60,297 nt of DNA, from positions 1 to 60,297 of the forward strand of contig JBBCAX010000017.1 of assembly GCA_051382335.1 (NCBI GenBank), given 5' to 3'. The notes under the pieces were generated by a model. That model ran no database searches, was not told the DNA's origin, and saw nothing but the letters and a program-made list of their open reading frames with translations. Below, in pieces: positions 9,989 through 17,779 of the stretch; position 1 is the stretch's first letter; each line of letters starts with the position of its first letter. Origin of the DNA: Deltaproteobacteria bacterium TL4. GTDB taxonomy: Bacteria; SAR324; NAC60-12. Both the position numbers and the translations under genes were made by a program.

Positions 9989-10717
9989 ATGCGACAGCGC
10001 AGTGATTCAATTGGATTTAAAAATAAAATCAAAGATCACATCCAAGCGAAAAAAAGAAAAATACTGATTATCGTTCAGATTATGTTCTTTTGGTTCCTGG
10101 TTCTGGGAATCCTCTCACGGTTTCTTCCTCCAACCGATTATAACCAACGGGGGAATGATTATTTTTATGGTAGAGGCGTCCTTAAAAACTATCAGGAAGC
10201 GGTCAAATGGTATCAAAAGGGGGCAATTTCTGGAAATGCGGAGGCACAGTCTAATTTGGGTGATATGTATATCCATGGGTGGGGTGTCACGAAAGACTAC
10301 CGGAAAGCCCTCAAATGGCTCCAGAGATCCGCTGAACAGGGGTATCATCGAAGTCAATTCCGCTTGGGACAGATGTATGAAGATGGTGACGGCGTAGACA
10401 AATCTTATGTTAAAGCCGTGATGTGGTATTCGACAGCCGCAAATCAGAGAAATGCAGTGGCACAAAACAACTTGGGGCTTCTCTACCAATATGGGAAAGG
10501 CGTACCACAGAGTTATGAAACCGCGTTGAAATGGTACAGAATGGCGGCACAGCATGGGAATGTGTATAGTCAACGAAATTTAGGGATAATGCTTGAAAAT
10601 GGCTATGGTCTTGAAAAAAACAGGGAACAAGCTACCGAATGGTATCATAAAGCGAATCAAAGTGGAGACCAAGTTGCCGCTGTTGCCTTAAAACGATTAG
10701 AGCCCAAGATAAAATGA
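9989..10717 (+). CDS. Sel1-like repeat (SLR/TPR) membrane-anchored protein
   Basis: One TM segment, then about 5 repeats of AQ.NLG.MY..G.GV.KDY..A..WY..AA.QG. Confidence 0.92.
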   Translation: MRQRSDSIGFKNKIKDHIQAKKRKILIIVQIMFFWFLVLGILSRFLPPTDYNQRGNDYFYGRGVLKNYQEAVKWYQKGAISGNAEAQSNLGDMYIHGWGVTKDYRKALKWLQRSAEQGYHRSQFRLGQMYEDGDGVDKSYVKAVMWYSTAANQRNAVAQNNLGLLYQYGKGVPQSYETALKWYRMAAQHGNVYSQRNLGIMLENGYGLEKNREQATEWYHKANQSGDQVAAVALKRLEPKIK

Positions 10718-10759
10718 TTCATTTTCAGACAGCAGCAAACGCCTGGCCGTGAGGAGAGC

Positions 10760-11272
10760 CTAAACCGGAAAGCGCTGGCGTAGATTTTTTATGCTGGTTT
10801 CAACCATAAAATTAAAGACCTGCTCTCCTGCCCAGCGCATGATTCGGGAGGACGCCGGTTGGGCATAAGTTTTCCACTGAAAACGTGTATTCTGTTCTCC
10901 TTCGGTTTCACAGAGCAATACGCCTAAATGTTGCGTAAACATGCCGCCAAGACTTTTATCTGTCGCCGAATACGCCAAAAAATTGGGGGGATCAAAAGCT
11001 TTTACGACTTCTTCGGTTAACTTTCCAAAAGAATAAATCCTACGTATGGCTCCAACGCCTCCAGGTGTTTCCGCTTCCTCATTATTGACAACGACTTTAT
11101 TCATTCCGGGCATCCATTTTGGCAACCGTTCAAAGTCGCTGATAAATTTGAATATTTCCTGAGGAGGCGCCCCTAAAATGGCGACATACGCCGACTGTAA
11201 GGGCGCATCGGTCAATTGATGTATCCTCTCCTCAAAGGGGGGATTCCCTGGTTTTTGGTGTTTTGATGACAT
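10760..11272 (-). CDS. SRPBCC (polyketide cyclase/START-like) family protein
   Basis: APPQEIFKFISDFERLPKWMPG...GGVGAIR...EEVVKAFDPPNFLAY pattern. Confidence 0.85.
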   Translation of the reverse strand: MSSKHQKPGNPPFEERIHQLTDAPLQSAYVAILGAPPQEIFKFISDFERLPKWMPGMNKVVVNNEEAETPGGVGAIRRIYSFGKLTEEVVKAFDPPNFLAYSATDKSLGGMFTQHLGVLLCETEGEQNTRFQWKTYAQPASSRIMRWAGEQVFNFMVETSIKNLRQRFPV

Positions 11273-11333
11273 ATTGGCCTCTATGAGACGGTTACTCGTC
11301 GGTGAAGGTTTTTAAAGAAATAGCTCACGGAAT

Positions 11334-11409
11334 GGAGTGCCAACGCTGGCTTTGGTCATATCCACAGAAATGCTTTCGCATTTCTGGCAAAAGCAAGCTT
11401 TTGCACTCC
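11334..11409. repeat. Free copy of the REP-like hairpin found inside the MITEs
   Basis: GGAGTGCCAACGCTGGCTTTG...CAAAAGCAAGCTTTTGCACTCC, similar to 11535-11610 and 30272-30346. Confidence 0.65.
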
Positions 11410-11465
11410 GAGGTACATGCTACACGGAAATAGGCTACTTCTGGGATGACGAAAACAAGGAGCAA

Positions 11466-11650
11466 CTATAGATGTTCATTTAAATAAATTCAGAATGTAT
11501 ATTTCGGACGATCCCTTTAATCGACTCATTATTAGGAGTGTCAAAGCTTGCTTTGACCAGAAAAGCCAAAGCTTTTCTTTGAATTTTGCCAAAGCAAGCT
11601 TTGGTACTCCACATTGATTCCAATGAAATTATTTAAATGAACGTCTATAG
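11466..11650. mobile_element. MITE-like element, copy 1 (185 bp)
   Basis: TIR CTATAGA(T/C)GTTCATTTAAATAA at both ends; internal hairpin GGAGTGTCAAAGCTTGCTTTG...CAAAGCAAGCTTTGGTACTCC; second copy at 30200-30394. Confidence 0.85.
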
Positions 11651-11734
11651 CGTTCTTAATAGGTGCCCGTCTTATGGTCCGGTTCCAATAAAGTTCCCGT
11701 ACAATCCGTGTAATCCGTGAACCCTTGAATAAAT

Positions 11735-12961
11735 TTAATAAGAACCGCCAAACATGATGAGGTATTGAAACAAACCCACAAAAAAGCCCAGAACGGCTCC
11801 GACGGTAATTAAAATCCATTCATCTTCTTCAAAAATCGGATGCAAGACTCTTTCAAATTCGTCAGAGGTCATCTTGTTCAATGATTCCCGCAAGATCTTT
11901 TCCGCTCCCATGGCTTTGTGTGCATATTCATGCATGCTGATCATGGTGTGAGGAAGCTCTTTAAACAAGTGATCTGCAATCACATTTTTCATATGGATAT
12001 ACCCTTTAGTCCCAATGGCTAAGACAATAAAGGGTTTTGACGCTCCGGCAGAGGTATCCACCGCCTCTTTGATGCGACGTTGCACCAAGGTGTACAATTT
12101 ATCGGAGGCGGGGCCTCTCATAATGGCATCCATGACATTTTCAATATGCAGGACTTCCTCCGCCATACAATAGGCATATTCGGCGGAAACTTCCCTTTGT
12201 CGTTTTAAAAACAAGCCCTGCAAAAGCCACGGACCAAATTTTCGGGGATGAATCGGTGAAAAAATCAGTTTTAAAGCGAGCCAATTGGTTGCATAACCCA
12301 CCACAATTCCACCAACCGGCAAAAGCCATGAAGGTTGTGTGACCATCCAAATACCCATTTGAACCAAACCAAAAAGGTAGCCGAAATACCACCCGGAGCG
12401 TTCAATAAATTTCAACTCCTCCTTTCCTGAACGTTGGAAGAGATCTACCATCAATTGTTTGTCCCGAATCAGTGAATCCACAATGAGTATTTTAATATCC
12501 AGCAAAACATTGATATGTGTTCTGATCTCTTCCATCATTTTTTTGATCACCCTCGGAGCATCTCGTTTGACACGTTTCTCCACTTCCTCTTTAACCCGGA
12601 GAGGTAATAATTCCCATAATGTGGGATAGGTCAGCTCCATAACTTCCGGAACCATTTTCTCCACCAGTTTGTTTACCGCGGGTTCCATTTCAAGCGCCAC
12701 GCGATCCGGATCAATATTGGCGAATAAGGATTCGACGTTAATCAGCCGGGGAATCAACATATCAACGGTAATTCCTGCCATCTTAGGCGCTTTTCGGGGA
12801 ATAACCCCCTGCCAGCCCAAAAAAGGAGATTTAATTCCTATAAAATTCAGCGGATAAAACATCATTTTAAGCGCAACCACGTTGGTACTCCAGCCCACAA
12901 AGGCACTCACCACAGGCATAAAAAAATACTGCCAAAATTCTTTGCTCTCTAAAAACCCCAT
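11735..12961 (-). CDS. DUF445-family membrane protein
   Basis: GWSTNVVALKMMFYP..GWQGVIP at the N-terminus, internal repeat GYATNWLALKLIFSP, C-terminal EDEWILITVGAVLGFFVG. Confidence 0.85.
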   Translation of the reverse strand: MGFLESKEFWQYFFMPVVSAFVGWSTNVVALKMMFYPLNFIGIKSPFLGWQGVIPRKAPKMAGITVDMLIPRLINVESLFANIDPDRVALEMEPAVNKLVEKMVPEVMELTYPTLWELLPLRVKEEVEKRVKRDAPRVIKKMMEEIRTHINVLLDIKILIVDSLIRDKQLMVDLFQRSGKEELKFIERSGWYFGYLFGLVQMGIWMVTQPSWLLPVGGIVVGYATNWLALKLIFSPIHPRKFGPWLLQGLFLKRQREVSAEYAYCMAEEVLHIENVMDAIMRGPASDKLYTLVQRRIKEAVDTSAGASKPFIVLAIGTKGYIHMKNVIADHLFKELPHTMISMHEYAHKAMGAEKILRESLNKMTSDEFERVLHPIFEEDEWILITVGAVLGFFVGLFQYLIMFGGSY

Positions 12962-12997
12962 TGTTACTTTCCTTCTACTATTTTTTGTTTGATGTCC

Positions 12998-13783
12998 TTA
13001 GTCCTGTTTATGAACTCCCCAAAATGCCGTAATAGCCCCACCCAAGGCAATCGGAACTTTGTGGTACTCCCAATGGTAGGTCTCTCCAAAGGGTTTCACC
13101 ATGTCCAGCAACTCATCCTCAGTATACATACGCAGCACACTGATCACACCATCCCAACTTCCGATAACCAGGGGAGTGAGGAACGCATAGGTGAATATCA
13201 TTTTCAAAATACGATCTTTGTGAGTTAAGAGGGGGTTGATCAATAAAGCCGCCAGGTTGGGTAACATGAGAGGCGCCAGGCTAAGTAAATCACGGGGAAA
13301 CGGTTCCAGAATGAAAATTGCCCGTTGTTTTCTCACACAATCAAAAAGAATTTTGGATGCTAATTCAGGAGGAAAATGGTGAAAGGCGCTAATGATTGTC
13401 CGTGCCGATTGATCGAAACGCTCAGGAACATCTGTTGCGTCCAAGGATTCTGAAATTACTTCAATTTGTCCAGGATATCGTGCCGCGACCGCTTCCATGG
13501 CATGAACCTTCGGCAACAGATCCGAGATTGTAAAGTGAGGGGGTGAGAGCTGTTGTTTTTTTAAAACATCAATCAGAATGGACACGGGTTCTCCGGAACC
13601 GCTCCCGAGATCCAGAATAGTGTCGCAATCTGCTTGCTGACAAAATTCTATAAAGACAGGGGCAATGGCATCATAAATTTTTCCCCACCGGAACGTATTT
13701 CCCAATGATTCTACTAAGGAATCCCGAAGAAACACAGGGCATTTTTCATGATCACAGAACTCAAAAGCATGGATTCGAGGCAT
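12998..13783 (-). CDS. Class I SAM-dependent methyltransferase-like protein
   Basis: Motif I ILDLGSGSGEP, TISDL, SLDATDVP, SAFHHF, IFILEP; ATG start at 13783 preferred. Confidence 0.8.
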   Translation of the reverse strand: MPRIHAFEFCDHEKCPVFLRDSLVESLGNTFRWGKIYDAIAPVFIEFCQQADCDTILDLGSGSGEPVSILIDVLKKQQLSPPHFTISDLLPKVHAMEAVAARYPGQIEVISESLDATDVPERFDQSARTIISAFHHFPPELASKILFDCVRKQRAIFILEPFPRDLLSLAPLMLPNLAALLINPLLTHKDRILKMIFTYAFLTPLVIGSWDGVISVLRMYTEDELLDMVKPFGETYHWEYHKVPIALGGAITAFWGVHKQD

Positions 13784-13984
13784 AGATTTCCGCAAATGGA
13801 GGTTATTGTAATTTTATGTTTTTAAATACCAGTTATTAGACGTAGTAGCCTATTCAAAACTCAATGTATCAACTTTTGCCGGGAGTCGGAGTCCTTGACT
13901 CTCAACACCATCTCTATGATGGAACAGGTATCTTGAAAAAGTTTTTTTAAAATTCAAGAATATCCTCATCCCAAATTCAGGTTA

Positions 13985-14194
13985 ACCATAGCAACCCACT
14001 CCTTAGGATCGATATATCAGAACAAATAGAACATAAAAAGCATTCTCTTTAGGTTATTTTTATTTTTTTACTTGCTGAAATTACAATTTGCGGATTAAAA
14101 GTATGTATAGTAACGTAAACAAAGTTTGTTCCTGCAAGGACTCCTTGGGTTTCTGTCGTCGTGCCAGGATGAGTCTGATGTGGGTTGCTATGGT
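13985..14194. repeat. 15-bp perfect inverted repeat pair enclosing 180 bp in a divergent promoter region
   Basis: ACCATAGCAACCCAC (13985-13999) and GTGGGTTGCTATGGT (14180-14194). Confidence 0.75.
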
Positions 14195-14260
14195 ATAACG
14201 GGAACGCTCGACATTTAAAAGTCTGATTAAACACGAATTAGGTATTCAAGAAAGGTTTCA

Positions 14261-16468
14261 ATGCCGTCTATTGAGAAAATCAAAGTTATTGAGGGCGTTT
14301 ACTGGGTTGGTATTCCGGCGGCCAACTTGTACATCCTATGCGGTTGCCCTGAGGATAGTGTGAAGCACCTGATGAAGATGGGATTGATTAAGACGATTGA
14401 GAAAAATGATGTTTCTTATGAGACAGGGCCTAACGCGATTTTACTTTCAGATATTTTAGTTCAAAATGGTCACTTTTCGAATCTTGCCGAATTTCCCGTA
14501 TTACAGATGCTTTATCGTCAAGGGATGATCATCCCGGAGCACCCTAACAATACGGGGACCAAGCCCATTCTGATGGGTACGAAGAAGCAGGTTAAAGCCC
14601 AAATGGAGTATATCTACCGAGGCAATTATGGTTTGACTTCTGTTGAAGAAATCAAAAGTGCGGGTGTTTCCGAAGAACAGGCTCAGGAAATGATGCGGAT
14701 GAAGTTAAAGTTCGCTTTTGGCAAAATTCTCCCGACACAAGAATTGATTGATTCCTATATTCTGGAACATGAGCCTGTAGCAATAAAAAAAGGCGTAACG
14801 ATCCAGCGGATAGATTTTAACAAGTTTGAAATTCGCCATGCCCAAAGTAAAATTACCGTTGACTTAAACTTGAAATCCAATGAAACCTACAACCCTCCTT
14901 ATGAATTAGGCTTTCATCAAATTAAGAAAGACTACTTTGCGGTTGTTCATGCGGGAGAAGGCGATGGTTGGGATATTAACCGTCCGTGCATGGCCAGTCT
15001 TTTGATTTTTCAGGGACGTATTTATTTGATTGACGCGGGACCTAATATTCTGAATACATTAACCGCCTTGGGCATTAGTGCCAATGAAATTGAAGGTATT
15101 TTCCATACTCACGCTCATGATGACCATTTTGCGGGCTTGACCACGTTAATACGTGCGGACCATCAGATTAAATATTACGCAACCTCTTTAGTCCGGGCTT
15201 CCGTTTCTAAAAAACTCTGTGCCCTGATGTCTATGGAGGAGGATCAACTTGATCGCTATTTCGAAGTTCATAACCTGGATTTTGACCGCTGGAATAATAT
15301 TGGAGGCCTGGAAGTCAAACCGAGCTTTTCTCCACATCCTGTGGAAACCTCAATTTTTACCTTCAGAGTCCTTTGGGAAAACGGTTATCGGACTTATTCC
15401 CATTTTGCGGATATTGTCTCTCTCGATGTCCTTGAAAAAATGATCACCGCCGATAACTCTAAACCCGGGGTTTCACAGGCATTTTTCAACCAGGTGCGCG
15501 ATCATTACTTGAGACCCGCAGATTTGAAGAAAATTGATATTGGAGGCGGGTTGATTCATGGAAACGCGAATGATTTCAAAAATGATCAGTCTGAGAAAAT
15601 TATCTTATCTCACACTTCCTTGAAACTCACAAATCATCAAAAAGAAATTGGAGCACGGGCTCCTTTCGGGATGATCGATGTGATTGTCCCCGCGAATCAG
15701 GATCGGATTTTGAGGAACGCTTACCAATATCTACACGCCTATCTCCCCAAAGCGCCTAATGAAGAAATTCAAGTCTTGTTAAATTGTCCTGTAATCACTT
15801 TTAACGCCGGTTCCATTTTGTTAAAACAAGGAGAGCGAAATGATTATATTTACCTCCTTCTGGCAGGTACGATTGAGATGATTAATGCCGACATTGGCAT
15901 GAATCACCTCCTCTCCGCAGGTTCGATGATTGGCGAGATAGCGAGTTTGGAAAACAAAAATTCTTCTGAAACCTTCTGTGCCAATAGCTATGTCTGGACC
16001 CTGAAAATTCCGAATAACTTGTACTTTGAAATTGTACAGCGGAACCATTTGTTAGAAGCTCTTAAACAAGCTCATAGCAGGCAAATCTTCCTGCAAAATA
16101 CGTGGCTTTTTGGCGAAATGGTGTCTTATCCCGTACAGAATAAAGTCGCACAGGCTATGGTTTTAAAAGAACATGAGGACGGGACACAGATTTCAATCGC
16201 GGTAGAACCGGAGCTTTTAGTTCTAAGTGAAGGAGCGGTTGAGATACGAGGTGTGGATCAAGTGATTGAAAGCATTGCTCCTGGAGAATTTTGTAGAGAG
16301 GATACGATACTCTATGAAAATTTAAGTTTTTTTACGGTGCATGTCGTGAAAGCCTCAAAAATTTATCATATTCCCGGAAACATTCTGTCTGGAATTCCCG
16401 TTATTCAGTGGAAATTGTTGGAAACCAATGAAAAGCGGATGAAAACCTTTGTAGAAAATATCATTTAA
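14261..16468 (+). CDS. Metallo-beta-lactamase-fold protein with two C-terminal cyclic-nucleotide-binding domains
   Basis: LIDAGP, HTHAHDDH (HxHxDH), SPHPVET; cNMP domains FNAGSILLKQGE..IYLLLAGTIE..LSAGSMIGE and VLSEGAVEI..IAPGEFCRE. Confidence 0.85.
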   Translation: MPSIEKIKVIEGVYWVGIPAANLYILCGCPEDSVKHLMKMGLIKTIEKNDVSYETGPNAILLSDILVQNGHFSNLAEFPVLQMLYRQGMIIPEHPNNTGTKPILMGTKKQVKAQMEYIYRGNYGLTSVEEIKSAGVSEEQAQEMMRMKLKFAFGKILPTQELIDSYILEHEPVAIKKGVTIQRIDFNKFEIRHAQSKITVDLNLKSNETYNPPYELGFHQIKKDYFAVVHAGEGDGWDINRPCMASLLIFQGRIYLIDAGPNILNTLTALGISANEIEGIFHTHAHDDHFAGLTTLIRADHQIKYYATSLVRASVSKKLCALMSMEEDQLDRYFEVHNLDFDRWNNIGGLEVKPSFSPHPVETSIFTFRVLWENGYRTYSHFADIVSLDVLEKMITADNSKPGVSQAFFNQVRDHYLRPADLKKIDIGGGLIHGNANDFKNDQSEKIILSHTSLKLTNHQKEIGARAPFGMIDVIVPANQDRILRNAYQYLHAYLPKAPNEEIQVLLNCPVITFNAGSILLKQGERNDYIYLLLAGTIEMINADIGMNHLLSAGSMIGEIASLENKNSSETFCANSYVWTLKIPNNLYFEIVQRNHLLEALKQAHSRQIFLQNTWLFGEMVSYPVQNKVAQAMVLKEHEDGTQISIAVEPELLVLSEGAVEIRGVDQVIESIAPGEFCREDTILYENLSFFTVHVVKASKIYHIPGNILSGIPVIQWKLLETNEKRMKTFVENII

Positions 16469-16486
16469 CGCCACGCTTTTTACCTT

Positions 16487-17743
16487 ATGAATACTCCTCC
16501 AAGTCTTGTCGGTGTTGAAGTCTTAGCTGAAAACGATCATATTCTGATTTCCCGTTTTGTGCCTTCTCTCCGTTGGTTCCATTGGTTTAATGCGAGCATG
16601 ATTCTGTCTTTGTATTATCTGGGTTCCCGCCAACTTTACAGGCTCACCTCGATTCCTCTTGAGGGCGTTTCTGATCAAAGAGAGTTACATATTTACCTTG
16701 GTGTTTTTTGGTTGATGGGTATGGGATGTATGGTTTTGTACAATTTAAGACATCCCACAAAACCAAGCGACCGTATTGTTTCTGATAAATTAATCATTCA
16801 ACAACAAGCGTTTTTAGTACTGTCCATTACCTTTGCCTTGTTGATGATGCTGACAGGCATCGCCATGACCTGGTTACGGCCCTATGATCTCCCAGGACTT
16901 AGAGCCGTGCTGACCCTGCTTCATGCGCTATTCACGCTCATTTACGCTCCGGCCTTGTTATATCACATCTACTTGGGCGGTTTGAAAAAAGAAACACGGG
17001 AATCCCTGCAAACGATGCTCTGGGACGTTAAGTTGGAATATGTAATTCATAATCAAATTCCCCAGCTTGAATGCTTACTGATTTCTCCTGACCAGGTGCT
17101 TTGTCTCAAAGCTTATGTTACCAACCTCAGCATCCTTTCATTTCAGGCTGTCCTAAAAAAGAGCGCTTGGCAGACAAAGGATCTCCCCCTTGAGGCCATG
17201 GTCGCTGTAGAATTTCACCATCCTCAACTTCTCCGATCTGTTGTCCTTCCCGTTCAACACAAAACCACTATCCCCATCGACGGCTATTTGCATGTCGAAT
17301 ATCACTATGCGATGTCTCATCAAGAGTCCGCAAAACAGTTATTGAGTCATGCGATCTTCTTTCGCAAATTATACATGGAACAACGCCATTCCCCACGCTT
17401 TTCATGTAATCTTCCCCTCATCGTGATTGTCGATGAACGTTCTTTGAAAGGACAGGCCAAAGATCTGTCCAAAGAAGGCTTGGGAATCGTTTTGCCTGTA
17501 AAACTTTCAAAACATCAAACCCTTCAAATAACCATTCAACTGCTGGAACAGTTATTGTATTTATCAGGTCGTGTTGTCGTCATTAAAAAAATTGCGAAGG
17601 CTCAGTGGTTTTATGGTGTGGTTTTGCTTGATCCTACTGAAGAAATAAGACATGTTTTCCTGGAAACGATTAATTGGTTAAAGCTTAAAGCTCAAGTGTC
17701 TTCATCTGTTCTGAACAACATCTTACTGAATCAGCCCCGTTGA
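16487..17743 (+). CDS. Di-haem cytochrome b (FdnI/HyaC-like) domain fused to PilZ domain(s)
   Basis: Four TM helices with His in RWFHWFNA, LHIYLG, LHALF and YHIYLG (last two 14 residues apart); C-terminal PilZ QRHSPRF...DLSKEGLG; possible degenerate PilZ (TNLSILSF) between them. Confidence 0.78.
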   Translation: MNTPPSLVGVEVLAENDHILISRFVPSLRWFHWFNASMILSLYYLGSRQLYRLTSIPLEGVSDQRELHIYLGVFWLMGMGCMVLYNLRHPTKPSDRIVSDKLIIQQQAFLVLSITFALLMMLTGIAMTWLRPYDLPGLRAVLTLLHALFTLIYAPALLYHIYLGGLKKETRESLQTMLWDVKLEYVIHNQIPQLECLLISPDQVLCLKAYVTNLSILSFQAVLKKSAWQTKDLPLEAMVAVEFHHPQLLRSVVLPVQHKTTIPIDGYLHVEYHYAMSHQESAKQLLSHAIFFRKLYMEQRHSPRFSCNLPLIVIVDERSLKGQAKDLSKEGLGIVLPVKLSKHQTLQITIQLLEQLLYLSGRVVVIKKIAKAQWFYGVVLLDPTEEIRHVFLETINWLKLKAQVSSSVLNNILLNQPR

Positions 17744-17779
17744 AGGGGACTGGTTTCATTTTTCTAGAGTTAAACGTTT

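Noticed and set aside
11698..11720. Short tandem AATCCGTG repeat
   Set aside because: Only two units; too short to call.
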